From Clostridiales bacterium Firm_14 (GTDB lineage Bacteria > Bacillota > Clostridia > Saccharofermentanales > Saccharofermentanaceae), in NCBI GenBank assembly GCA_001604135.1, contig LVAT01000013.1, positions 260,896 to 324,895 on the forward strand: a DNA stretch of 64,000 bases, written 5' to 3'. Under the pieces are notes generated by a model. The model was not told the DNA's origin. It searched no databases and was given only the letters and a program-made list of their open reading frames with translations. The position numbers and the translations under genes are program-made. Numbering within the stretch: the stretch's first letter is position 1; every line of letters begins with the position of its first letter. Of this stretch, positions 9,160 through 18,429 are shown in pieces.

Positions 9160-9564
9160 TCAACGATACGGAAACACCATATTATTCTTAGCGTAATGAA
9201 ATAAAACACAGATAATACACTTGCTGTCAGCTTCTCTAATTTTCAGTTTAATATACACAAGCTTTTTATTTATTTCTTTACCAAACACATGCAGCCAAAC
9301 CGGATTACTGTCATTGTTATCAAATACAGATTCTGAATATTCTTCAACGACCAAGCCGGATAAAACTCTGATAACATCCTGAGCATCATATTCCAAATCC
9401 AGTAAAGTAAATATAGTGGAATAATTGTGGTCGTCCCCTTCCTTATCTTTCCTTATAAATATAAAATCGGTATCAGCATTAAAACTTTCATCTTCAATTG
9501 TACTTTTTAAATCATCTATGAATTCTTTAACATTGCGTTTACTAATTCTAGCCTGATTCTTAAT
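9160..9564 (-). CDS. MqsR-like toxin; proposed ATT start (134 aa). The ORF track lists only the C-terminal 78 aa from a TTG
   Basis: LDLEYDAQDVIRVLSGLVVEEYSESV...PVWLHVFGKEINKKLVYIKLKI parallels E. coli MqsR LGLDFDGMCNVIIGLSESDFYKSM...IWQDVYRPRLVTGQVYLKITV. The frame is open from the TGA/TAG stops at 9586-9581. GGAGG (9576-9572) lies 7 nt before an in-frame ATT (9564). There is no in-frame ATG or GTG upstream of the TTG at 9396. Confidence 0.5.
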   Translation of the reverse strand: MKNQARISKRNVKEFIDDLKSTIEDESFNADTDFIFIRKDKEGDDHNYSTIFTLLDLEYDAQDVIRVLSGLVVEEYSESVFDNNDSNPVWLHVFGKEINKKLVYIKLKIREADSKCIICVLFHYAKNNMVFPYR

Positions 9565-9581
9565 ACTATCACCTCCAGAAC

Positions 9582-9597
9582 ACTATCAATTGATAGT
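9582..9597. promoter_or_regulatory. Perfect 16-bp palindrome ACTATCAATTGATAGT (candidate antitoxin operator), plus a third TGATAGT half-site at 9565-9571
   Basis: Read directly from the sequence. The palindrome overlaps the -10 and the likely transcription start site (TSS). The third half-site sits between the SD and the proposed start codon. Confidence 0.45.
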
Positions 9598-9622
9598 ATA
9601 TAACTGGCGATATAATTGTCAA
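9595..9622 (-). promoter_or_regulatory. Sigma-A type promoter of the mqsR/mqsA-like operon
   Basis: Minus strand: TTGACA (9622-9617), 16-nt spacer, TATACT (9600-9595). Confidence 0.55.
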
Positions 9623-9652
9623 TGGTTAAAATAGAATCCGTCAGAAATGTTA

Positions 9653-9952
9653 TTAATTCACCCTACATAAGGATAACGGAACAACATTTGTCGGCACATT
9701 CTGTTCTACAAGCCAGCGTGTAAGCTTCTGCTGCATATTCATCCAGCTTTCAGCAGATGTCCCGGTTGCAATGCTGATCCTTAAGGCCATATCAGGACTT
9801 AAGGAAGATTTCTCATTGATAAACTCAGAAAGTGCCTTTCTGCTTACACCAAGCAACTGTGCAGTCTTGGTTACAGAAAGATTCAAAGGTTTCATTATAT
9901 CCTCAAGAAACACTGTTCCGGGATGTGTAGGTTTTCTTGTAATCTTATTCAT
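9653..9952 (-). CDS. higA: HigA-family antitoxin (XRE HTH)
   Basis: THPGTVFLEDIMKPLNLSVTKTAQLLGVSRKALSEFINEKSSLSPDMALRISIATGTSAESWMNMQ matches the HigA pattern (HPGE..., RLa..fGts...W.n.Q). No HigB-like ORF is adjacent. Confidence 0.8.
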   Translation of the reverse strand: MNKITRKPTHPGTVFLEDIMKPLNLSVTKTAQLLGVSRKALSEFINEKSSLSPDMALRISIATGTSAESWMNMQQKLTRWLVEQNVPTNVVPLSLCRVN

Positions 9953-9962
9953 AATTCAATTA

Positions 9963-10931
9963 TTAATGCCGCAGTACTCTCATCAACGCAGGACATACTT
10001 TAATCACGAAATAGTAAATCTTTGCCTTAGGCTCAAGTGTTTTAATCCCCACTTCCCTCTTAGTCTTTAATATCAGTGCCCTTAATTCGCGCTCCAGCGC
10101 TTTATCTCTAGTACCGCTCTTGATCAGCTTAATGTAGCTTAAGATCAGGAACGTCACGATTTTCTGGTGTTTCTTCAGATATAGCGATTCAGGAATTATG
10201 TCGCTCCATTTTTGCCTTATCAAATCAGAGACACAGTTGTGCGCCAATAAGCAGTCGTTGATATTATTCATGCTTACTGAAGCAGTTATGCTGTCCGGTC
10301 TACGCCTGTAGTTATACAGAGATTCATCGACTAAGACTACCCGTTCAGCCTTATCAAAGAGTTTAAAACAAGGAAAGGCATCCTCATAAACGTGTCCTTC
10401 AGCAAATCTTACATCTGAAAACAATTCTCTTCTGAATAGTTTATTGCAAACATTAACGCTCATCGTCTCTTCGACCAAAAGCCTTAAAGCATCTGCGCGT
10501 TCATAAGCACCTTTTGATATCGTCGGAAAAACAGAAGATGAAGCAACACCCTTCATGCTTCCGTTAGAATAAATAATGGAACATCTGCATACTCCAATTG
10601 GTGAATCTGAAGAGATCATCGCACTAACGAGCAATTCAACAAACAATGGAGATATTGAATCATCGGAATCAACAAAAGCAACCAGATCGCCTGTTGCTAT
10701 TTCCAATCCGGTATTTCTTGCTCCGCTTAAGCCCTTGTTTGGCTGTTTTATCAGCTTAATGCGGGTATCTGAATCAGCATATTCTTCACATATATCCGCC
10801 GACCCGTCAGTAGATCCGTCATCAACGATAATGATCTCAAGGTCCTTATATGTCTGGTTAACAACACTATCCAACGCTTCGCGAAGATATGGAGCAACAT
10901 TATAAACCGGAACGATTACACTAACGAGCAA
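9963..10931 (-). CDS. Family 2 glycosyltransferase
   Basis: VSVIVPVYNVAPYLREALDSVVNQTYKDLEIIIVDDGSTDGS ... FVDSDD. TTG start with GAGGTGA 7 nt upstream. Confidence 0.85.
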   Translation of the reverse strand: MLVSVIVPVYNVAPYLREALDSVVNQTYKDLEIIIVDDGSTDGSADICEEYADSDTRIKLIKQPNKGLSGARNTGLEIATGDLVAFVDSDDSISPLFVELLVSAMISSDSPIGVCRCSIIYSNGSMKGVASSSVFPTISKGAYERADALRLLVEETMSVNVCNKLFRRELFSDVRFAEGHVYEDAFPCFKLFDKAERVVLVDESLYNYRRRPDSITASVSMNNINDCLLAHNCVSDLIRQKWSDIIPESLYLKKHQKIVTFLILSYIKLIKSGTRDKALERELRALILKTKREVGIKTLEPKAKIYYFVIKVCPALMRVLRH

Positions 10932-11042
10932 AATAAATCACCTCAACTAATCCGCAATGGCGGTAGCCATTTGCGCCTATAACCGTTTACCCATAATCTT
11001 ACAACAGATATCAAATAAGTGAATGTTCTTACGATAGAAAAT

Positions 11043-12080
11043 TTAAGCTAATTGCTTTTCTAACACCGGAAGAACTTCTGAAGAATCATACATTCCATAT
11101 TCTTTTTGACCATTCCGGCCAATATTAATCAACTCGTCTATGTTTTTAGTAGCATAAATAATCGTGTCAACAAGTGAATCAACATTAAGAAAATCATATC
11201 CTAAGGCTGTTTTATGGTCTTCAAATATCTCATCAAAATATAACCATTTTGATGAGATTATCGGGATACCGGCAGCAAATGCATCAATTATAGTTCCAGG
11301 AATACCTTCATCAGGGTAGCGAGTCGGGAACAATAAAACATCATGCTTCTGCAAAGTCAACACTGCGTCTTCAGCATTTACACTGCCTTCATATTTAACA
11401 AATGAATAATCATTAAGCAGTGATACAAATTCCTCTTTATAATTTGGATCTATTCCACCATAAATATGCAATTCAAATCGCTTGTTTGAAACCAATTCTT
11501 GAGCTCTCGAAATCGCCAATACAGCGTCAGTTATTCCCTTCTCTTTTGTTACTCTCGAGAAAGTACAAAAAGAAATAACAGTCATATTGTTATGAAGTGA
11601 CTTATAACTACATCCCAATTCCTTCACAGATTTAAAATTCCTAAACAAATGCACTTCAGGAAAACCTAAGTCTTTCAAAACTTTACAATTATGTTCGCTT
11701 TCAGGTAAAAATGCTGAACAAAAACTTAATCTTTTCTTGGCTTTTAAATCACAGGCGATTCTTCCACCAATTCTCACTCCAATAGGAATATAAACAACGT
11801 TACGTTTAATGATTTTTGAAAGAAGTCGCAAATAAAATATAAAAGGACCTTTGATAGCAGAATTTACAAGAATAACATTCTCACATTTTGAAAAAGCCCT
11901 AAACACTTCAACAAGAACAGCTGCAGTACGTTTTTTACCGCCCCATATATCAACATACGAAATAATACTATCACCGTATTTTTCAACTAATCCATAGTAT
12001 ATATTTCTTGTTTTTACAACAGCTCCTATCATATCGTTTTTCTTAAAATGGAGCTGACCTATAACAACTGTATTCTTCAA
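11043..12080 (-). CDS. GT-B glycosyltransferase (GT4-like)
   Basis: C-terminal LLFPTRYPDEGIPGTIIDAFAAGIPIISSKW (EX7E-like region). TTG start with GGGGGA upstream. AT-rich segment. Confidence 0.7.
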   Translation of the reverse strand: MKNTVVIGQLHFKKNDMIGAVVKTRNIYYGLVEKYGDSIISYVDIWGGKKRTAAVLVEVFRAFSKCENVILVNSAIKGPFIFYLRLLSKIIKRNVVYIPIGVRIGGRIACDLKAKKRLSFCSAFLPESEHNCKVLKDLGFPEVHLFRNFKSVKELGCSYKSLHNNMTVISFCTFSRVTKEKGITDAVLAISRAQELVSNKRFELHIYGGIDPNYKEEFVSLLNDYSFVKYEGSVNAEDAVLTLQKHDVLLFPTRYPDEGIPGTIIDAFAAGIPIISSKWLYFDEIFEDHKTALGYDFLNVDSLVDTIIYATKNIDELINIGRNGQKEYGMYDSSEVLPVLEKQLA

Positions 12081-12098
12081 ACAAATTCCCCCTATAAA

Positions 12099-13544
12099 TC
12101 AGCTCGACTTTTTTCGATTTAACTTATTAAAAACAGACCCAATAAGGTGATTGGGATAACGTTTTGAAACAATTGCAGAGGCTAAAACATAAAAAGAACC
12201 ACCCACAAGAATATCAATTGCAAGTCCAATCAAATTTTCGGAATGTAAAAATTGAACCAATTTGACGATTATAAACATCAATATTCCTATCAAAATAAAG
12301 GGAATATTGTTTTTAAAGTAAGTTTTTAAAGGTAAATCTTTCCTTGAATAAACAGTAAAAACTAATGTTACAACTATCTGTGCAATGATCGTTCCAATCG
12401 CAGCACCGACTGAACCATATGGAGGTATAAAAATAAAATTAATAATGAGATTCACAATAGCACCTGCAAGTGTTGCTTTTATATAAATTGAATCCAACCC
12501 TCTTGGAATTACATATTGCATTCTAAGCACATTAGCCCACCCATTCAAAAATATAACCGGAGTAAGCATTAACATTATTAAACCGGATGAATGAAATCCA
12601 TCACCATAATACACATCAACTAATTCTACTGATACAGAGGCTAAACCAAAAGCAAATATGGATGCCAGCACCATAGATAGATCCATCGACATGCTCAACA
12701 ACCCTGCTTCACTATCATCGGCTTTAGCACGTACATTTGACATGCGCGACAACATAACTGTTCCCATTGCGCCAAAAATCAACAATGGTACCTGAATAAT
12801 CTTATCTGCATATTCATAATAAGCCAGATCAACCTTAGAACTGATCGCCCCTATCATAATTTTGTCCATTACCTGATATACAGTCGCTGCAATTGTTGGC
12901 AAAAACAAAAGAAAATTAGGTTTAAATCTAGGCCATACTTCTGAGAACTTTGGCAGAGAAATCTTAACATCCTTTATAACAACAAATGAGATAATAATTT
13001 GTGACAAAAGCTGACACCCTGCCATAATTATCGTGTATATATTTAGATCCGAATAAGCTCTGACAAGTGACAATATTAGGACAATATTTAAAGTCTTAAT
13101 AACAATATTGCGCTTAACAATTGTCCTAAACTGCTCCATACCGGTACAATACCAACCAACATCAAGCAAATTAGATGCAGTCCATATGATCATTAGTTTT
13201 GTAATCAATTGATATTCTGTATGTGAGAGAAAAGCATAAATTACATAAACAATCACTGACACACCTGCAGTAAGTACCTGCATTGCATAGATTTCACAAA
13301 ATACTTTACTTCGTGCATTTTTATCATCACGCACTTTTGCAATTTCCCTGCTGCCATAATTCATTATTCCAAGCATAGCAAAATGGGAAAAATAACTAAC
13401 TATCGAATGGACAAATGTATATGTACCAATTTGATCAGCTTTCAAAATACGGCCTAAATATGGTGCCGTAATTAAAGGTACAAATATAGCAAGTATTTGA
13501 TACAACGAATTTAATATTAAATTCTCTCTCAGTTTTTTGTCCAT
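12099..13544 (-). CDS. wzx: Wzx-type oligosaccharide flippase (MOP superfamily), copy 1
   Basis: About 12-14 hydrophobic segments. The N-terminus MDKKLRENL...ITAPYLGRILKADQIGTYTFVHS is paralogous to the ORF at 15648. The start is ambiguous: ATG 13544 by homology, or GTG 13562 overlapping the upstream stop. Confidence 0.8.
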   Translation of the reverse strand: MDKKLRENLILNSLYQILAIFVPLITAPYLGRILKADQIGTYTFVHSIVSYFSHFAMLGIMNYGSREIAKVRDDKNARSKVFCEIYAMQVLTAGVSVIVYVIYAFLSHTEYQLITKLMIIWTASNLLDVGWYCTGMEQFRTIVKRNIVIKTLNIVLILSLVRAYSDLNIYTIIMAGCQLLSQIIISFVVIKDVKISLPKFSEVWPRFKPNFLLFLPTIAATVYQVMDKIMIGAISSKVDLAYYEYADKIIQVPLLIFGAMGTVMLSRMSNVRAKADDSEAGLLSMSMDLSMVLASIFAFGLASVSVELVDVYYGDGFHSSGLIMLMLTPVIFLNGWANVLRMQYVIPRGLDSIYIKATLAGAIVNLIINFIFIPPYGSVGAAIGTIIAQIVVTLVFTVYSRKDLPLKTYFKNNIPFILIGILMFIIVKLVQFLHSENLIGLAIDILVGGSFYVLASAIVSKRYPNHLIGSVFNKLNRKKSS

Positions 13545-13558
13545 AAATTGTTCCGTAA

Positions 13559-14674
13559 TCACTGGGCAGTCAGTATGCTCTCCAATCGAAGAGCTTCATG
13601 ATTAATGTCAAAACCCGAATCTTTCAACTTTTCGCTCATTAATTCCCTATTTGTATTCTTATTTTTCAGTTTTTCACAAATAACTTCGCCCCATATACTT
13701 GCGTCATTAATTGGTAAAAAAGTAACATTGCCACTTATGTTTGCCTCAGAAGTAATAACATCAGAAACAACACAAGGAAGACCGGACACCTGTGCCTCTA
13801 CCATAACTATAGGCAAACCCTCATACAGGGATGGAAGTACAAAAACATCAAAAGCGTTATAGTATCTGCTTACATCAGCACGATCTCCAAGCATAAGAAT
13901 ATCATTTTGCAGTTTCAACTGTTCGATCTTATCGGTTAATAGCTTTCTCTGATTTCCTTCGCCAATAACGATCATTACGACATTGGAATCACTATCAGTT
14001 TTTACTTTGGCAAGAATTTCAGGAAGGAATAACACGTTTTTCTGATCGCATAGTCTTCCGACAAAGCCAATTATCTTCGTGTTATCAGATATATTCAGTT
14101 CTTTCCTGATCTGCTGACAGTCAACCGGATTGAATCTGAATGTATCGATATCAACCGCATTATGAATAAACTCAACAGTATTATCCGGAAAATACATATA
14201 CTCCGTAGCTTTCTTAGAGCAGGACAAACGGGTTGCATTGATATGTGATACGCGTCCTTTATTGATCTTATAAACAAACCTGTGCTTAAAATCTTCAACC
14301 AACACTCTGGAATTATGTGAGTGAAGAACTACGTGATAGTCCAATTTAACAGCCATCTTGATCGGTTCGATCCAACCTAATGTTGAGAGATTGAAATAAA
14401 CAGTATCGTGAGTCTTACGCAACTCTTTTAATACCCTCTTGTTCTCCTGAAGATTCTTTATAGGACTCTTTACTCTATTTGAAATGTAATAGATCTTACC
14501 GCCTGCTGCCTCGATCCTGTCCTGAATGGAGCATTCAGAGCCTTCAATGACATAATCGAAAATAGTGTTTCCGGACATATGGCGATTCATCTCAGTCAGA
14601 AATGAACCTATTCCTCCAAATGTCTTCGAAGCGACCAATCCATATACAAGGACACGTTTAACACTATTGCTCAT
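13559..14674 (-). CDS. Family 4 glycosyltransferase
   Basis: VFVLPSLYEGLPIVMVEAQVSGLPCVVSD. ATGA overlap with the upstream gene. Confidence 0.85.
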   Translation of the reverse strand: MSNSVKRVLVYGLVASKTFGGIGSFLTEMNRHMSGNTIFDYVIEGSECSIQDRIEAAGGKIYYISNRVKSPIKNLQENKRVLKELRKTHDTVYFNLSTLGWIEPIKMAVKLDYHVVLHSHNSRVLVEDFKHRFVYKINKGRVSHINATRLSCSKKATEYMYFPDNTVEFIHNAVDIDTFRFNPVDCQQIRKELNISDNTKIIGFVGRLCDQKNVLFLPEILAKVKTDSDSNVVMIVIGEGNQRKLLTDKIEQLKLQNDILMLGDRADVSRYYNAFDVFVLPSLYEGLPIVMVEAQVSGLPCVVSDVITSEANISGNVTFLPINDASIWGEVICEKLKNKNTNRELMSEKLKDSGFDINHEALRLESILTAQ

Positions 14675-15615
14675 TTATCTGCCCCAACTCTGTAGATTCT
14701 CTTTATGTATGACTTCTGATCATCTGTGAGTTCGTTATCCGCGCCAAGTTCTATCTCAAAACCGTCACCTGTATGCACTCTGTCTTTAATCTGATTCGGA
14801 TAAGATATACTGCTGCAATTCCCCAAAAATCTTGCCCAGAGCGAGAAAGACGAACCGGAAGATATCATTACAGGAAACTTAGATAAACCAACGATGTCAC
14901 CTATGCTGTTTCCAAAGGTTAAACGGCTAACTTCAGGAAGGGATGTAAGATCAGCAAGTTCATCATCTGTTCCATCAGAAAAGACACAAACAGGAACAGT
15001 CCAACCGGCGGCTTCACGAAGCTTATTCACCATAGCAACATACCAGCTGATCTGAATTCTCATGTTATTCTTGCCGGAATCAAGAGCAGCCGTTGTCTTG
15101 GAAAAATCTCCAAGCCTGACGTGCACGCCGATAGCTCCGGAAGCGTCAAAGCCAAGAGCCTTCTTCCCTTTTCTACCTAGATTTGCGTATATGATCTCAG
15201 CTATTTTATCTCTATATTCTCTTGTGCCATTGAAATCCATCTGGAATTCACCGGGAGCTAATTTGAAATCGTCGTAAACAACTATGTCATTCTCACCCAG
15301 CTTATTCCAATCGATATCTTCAAGATTTCTTGTATGAATCTTTCTTCCAAAGCAGAGCTTTAAGTATTTCTTAAGTCCTCCGCACATGCCGGTTTTATTT
15401 GAGAATAAATCGATATAAGAGCGCTTATCCTTCTCGTGCCTGAGCCAGGGACCGACCTTAATTGAGGGCCAAGTCGGCCATATGAGCTTTGCATTATGTT
15501 TCTCTGAAGCGGCGATGACTCTGGACCAGGTAAACAGCAGGTTGCCAAGTCCGGCACCGCCTAACCTGATTCCTATGAGTTCATATTTAGAGAATTTTGG
15601 ATATATGTAAGCCAT
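14671..15615 (-). CDS. Divergent GT11-like glycosyltransferase (fucosyltransferase-like motifs)
   Basis: GAGLGNLLFTW, GVHVRLGDF and SSGSSFSLWARFL resemble the GT11 motifs GGLGNQMF, HxRRGDY and SNSTFSWWAAYL, but are degenerate. Confidence 0.45.
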   Translation of the reverse strand: MAYIYPKFSKYELIGIRLGGAGLGNLLFTWSRVIAASEKHNAKLIWPTWPSIKVGPWLRHEKDKRSYIDLFSNKTGMCGGLKKYLKLCFGRKIHTRNLEDIDWNKLGENDIVVYDDFKLAPGEFQMDFNGTREYRDKIAEIIYANLGRKGKKALGFDASGAIGVHVRLGDFSKTTAALDSGKNNMRIQISWYVAMVNKLREAAGWTVPVCVFSDGTDDELADLTSLPEVSRLTFGNSIGDIVGLSKFPVMISSGSSFSLWARFLGNCSSISYPNQIKDRVHTGDGFEIELGADNELTDDQKSYIKRIYRVGADK

Positions 15616-15647
15616 CTTAACTTCCTTTATGCCTGTTACTTTGCCCG

Positions 15648-17099
15648 TTACTTAGCCCGCTTAACCTTATTAACAATACCTTGAACAAGAACTCCTGTCA
15701 GATTCCTCTTGCTGTATAGCCCGTAGATGAATAACAGGATTCCGTATGTTACTGCACCAATGATGATATCAATTATCAACCATGTCAGCGAGACCGGATG
15801 GAACTGCTGAACGGCCTTGATCACACAAAACATTGCCAATCCGATCAAACATACGACGATATTATTGCGCAAGTAAGAACTGAACGGAAGGCGTTTGTTT
15901 ATGGAGAAGGTATAGAACAATGCGACTGTCAACTGAGCTGCTATAGTTCCGATGGCTGCGCCTAATGCCTGGAACTTAGCTATGAATATCAAATTGCAGA
16001 TTAAGTTCACGCCTGCACCGGCAAAAGTAGATTTGATGTAGATCATATCAAGATTATTCGGAATAATGTATTGCATTCTGAGCACGTTGGCCCATCCATA
16101 CATAATGATGCAAGGAGCAAGTGCCATCAAGATAGGACCGCTCTTTATGAATTCTTCGCCGTAATAGATAAACACGAATTCATTTGCTATGGCAAGAATG
16201 CCGAACATGCAGGAAGTGCTTATCAGGAATGTGAGATCCATTGAAGATCCGATAAGCTTAACCGCCTTCTCTTCTTCGTTGGTATAAACATAAGACATTT
16301 TGGACAGCATTACAGCACCTATCGCAGTAAAAATGAGTCCGGGTATCTGAGTGATCTTATCAGCATATTCGTAATATGCAAGTTCAGTCTCGCTTGCGAT
16401 AGCACCAATCATTATCTTATCCATTGTCTGATAAACGCTGACGGCAATGGTAGGGATAAACAAAAGGAATGTCGGTTTAAGGTGTGGCTTAATATCTTTC
16501 CATTTGCAGAATTTGAATTTTACTTTCTTTAATACGCTCGGCCACAACATGATCTCTGCGATCAGATACAGAGCAGACATCAACAGACAGTAAATGACCA
16601 CATCATTCTCATCACGGACAAAGATAAAGACCGTTACAAGATTTACGAGCTTTATTATCAGATTCCTTAAGGCCAGAGTCGAGAACTGCTCCATTCCCTC
16701 TAAGAACCATACAACCGTGAATAAAGAAGTCATTACATACAAGCCGACGATCAAAGCCATCAACTGATGGATCCTGCATAACACGATAAGGTAGAAAACA
16801 TAAGCAATGCAGGATATTCCGCCGGTCAGAAGCTGAAGTGAGAAAACTTGTGAGAACGCTTTGCTTCTTTCTTCGTAATTGTCTCTGACCCTGGCAATCG
16901 TTCTGTTACCGTAATTTCTGAAGCCCAGCATTCCGAACATAACAAAATATGCAGATATGGAATGGACATATGTGTAACTGCCGACATTTTCAGCACCAAG
17001 AACCCTGCCCAAATAAGGCGCGGTGATGAAAGGCACAATCATTGTTAAGAGATTGTACCCTATGCTCATAACAAGGTTCTTGCCGAGCTTCTTATCCAT
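15648..17099 (-). CDS. wzx: Wzx-type oligosaccharide flippase (MOP superfamily), copy 2
   Basis: MDKKLGKNLVMSIGYNLLTMIVPFITAPYLGRVLGAENVGSYTYVHS; multi-pass membrane protein. ATG at 17099 with AAAGGTGA 5 nt upstream. Confidence 0.8.
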   Translation of the reverse strand: MDKKLGKNLVMSIGYNLLTMIVPFITAPYLGRVLGAENVGSYTYVHSISAYFVMFGMLGFRNYGNRTIARVRDNYEERSKAFSQVFSLQLLTGGISCIAYVFYLIVLCRIHQLMALIVGLYVMTSLFTVVWFLEGMEQFSTLALRNLIIKLVNLVTVFIFVRDENDVVIYCLLMSALYLIAEIMLWPSVLKKVKFKFCKWKDIKPHLKPTFLLFIPTIAVSVYQTMDKIMIGAIASETELAYYEYADKITQIPGLIFTAIGAVMLSKMSYVYTNEEEKAVKLIGSSMDLTFLISTSCMFGILAIANEFVFIYYGEEFIKSGPILMALAPCIIMYGWANVLRMQYIIPNNLDMIYIKSTFAGAGVNLICNLIFIAKFQALGAAIGTIAAQLTVALFYTFSINKRLPFSSYLRNNIVVCLIGLAMFCVIKAVQQFHPVSLTWLIIDIIIGAVTYGILLFIYGLYSKRNLTGVLVQGIVNKVKRAK

Positions 17100-18429
17100 C
17101 GTTCTCACCTTTTAACAGAGGGGCGTCATCTGGAATATCTGCTTCAGTCTGAGGCTCCTCGTCTGGAACAATATCATCTGACTCAAATGTGTTGATCACA
17201 TTGTGCTCGAATTCATTCTTATGAATTGTAAGAGCAACAGCTATAGGAAGCCAAAGATGCTGATTATTCCAAAAATAACCACTGAACATATTTAAGGTAA
17301 ATCCGCATATAAACATGATAGTCAAGAATCTGAACAATGAACCTTGACGGTAAAACATGGAAATCTTCTTGATAAAGACAATTAAGACAAACAGGAAGAT
17401 CAATAATCCCACAATACCCGTTTCAGACAATACATCCAGGAAAAGATTATGAGAATAACTTTTCAGATAATAGAAAATGGAACCTATGCCATGGCCAAAT
17501 ACAGGACTATCGCCGAACACTCCTAAGGACTCTAAATACAAGCTCATACGTCCATCATCTAAAAGGCCGCCATTGAAAAAGTCCATAACTCGTTCAATGC
17601 CCTTAACATTTATGCCCAGTAGATTGATTACGAACGGGAAAGCATATCGGAGAAAAATCAGAATGATAACGGCAGGAACAACGATCCTGTAAGCTTTCTT
17701 GCCCCAATACATAAAAACACTTGCGACAAATAAAACAACAAGCAAAACCAGACCGCCTCTTCCTCCGGCCAGGAAACAAGTTGCCGCCTGTATTGCCAAA
17801 AAGACAAAATAAATAAGCTTGTTAAACCATGATAATGGTCTGATCTTTACAGTTTCAGTTATATGGAACAATGTCAATCCGAACGCGTAAGCAGAGAAAT
17901 AAGAAACGTTTTGGTAAGTCAAACCGCTTGAATCACGGATATAACCCGCAATATCGCTGTCGTGGCGGAATAAAGACACAAAGCTGATCACAGTTAAGAT
18001 GATTACGGCCGCGAATATAACCTTAAGATTAATGTCTCTTTTCTTCTTCCACGCGATCAATAACGTAAGGAATATAATGCAAACGGCCATAGCCAGATAT
18101 GACTTTAATTCAGAATAGTATTTAGTGTAATGGAAATCACGGCTAAGACCGGTAATTACAAAAGAAACACCTATAGCCACAAACAGGATAATTACGCTAA
18201 GGAATCCATGCTGTATCATCCTGGAGAAATGTCTGAAACAAAGGCAGGCAGAAATAACTGCAACAATAATATACATTATTGCAAGCTGACCGGATTCTGA
18301 CTGAATATTGAGGAAATACAACACAAATTTTAATATTGCGTTGGCAAACATCATCAATATTATCAGAACATCAAGCATATCAGCTTTAATGCCGTTATTA
18401 TTCAATTGCTCTTTTTGAGATATCTGCAT
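17092..18429 (-). CDS. Wzy-like polymerase / O-antigen-ligase family membrane protein, copy 1
   Basis: Ten or more hydrophobic segments and a Wzy_C-like loop SYSHNLFLDVLSETGIVGLLIF. The start is ambiguous (18462, 18429 or 18378). Confidence 0.65.
   Translation of the reverse strand: MQISQKEQLNNNGIKADMLDVLIILMMFANAILKFVLYFLNIQSESGQLAIMYIIVAVISACLCFRHFSRMIQHGFLSVIILFVAIGVSFVITGLSRDFHYTKYYSELKSYLAMAVCIIFLTLLIAWKKKRDINLKVIFAAVIILTVISFVSLFRHDSDIAGYIRDSSGLTYQNVSYFSAYAFGLTLFHITETVKIRPLSWFNKLIYFVFLAIQAATCFLAGGRGGLVLLVVLFVASVFMYWGKKAYRIVVPAVIILIFLRYAFPFVINLLGINVKGIERVMDFFNGGLLDDGRMSLYLESLGVFGDSPVFGHGIGSIFYYLKSYSHNLFLDVLSETGIVGLLIFLFVLIVFIKKISMFYRQGSLFRFLTIMFICGFTLNMFSGYFWNNQHLWLPIAVALTIHKNEFEHNVINTFESDDIVPDEEPQTEADIPDDAPLLKGENDG

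Noticed and set aside
10953-10975. A hairpin, CGCAATGGC-ggta-GCCATTTGCG, between two glycosyltransferase genes, considered as a terminator.
   Set aside because: No U-tract follows on the coding (minus) strand, and the next gene starts about 20 nt later with its own SD. At most it is an RNA stability or processing element.
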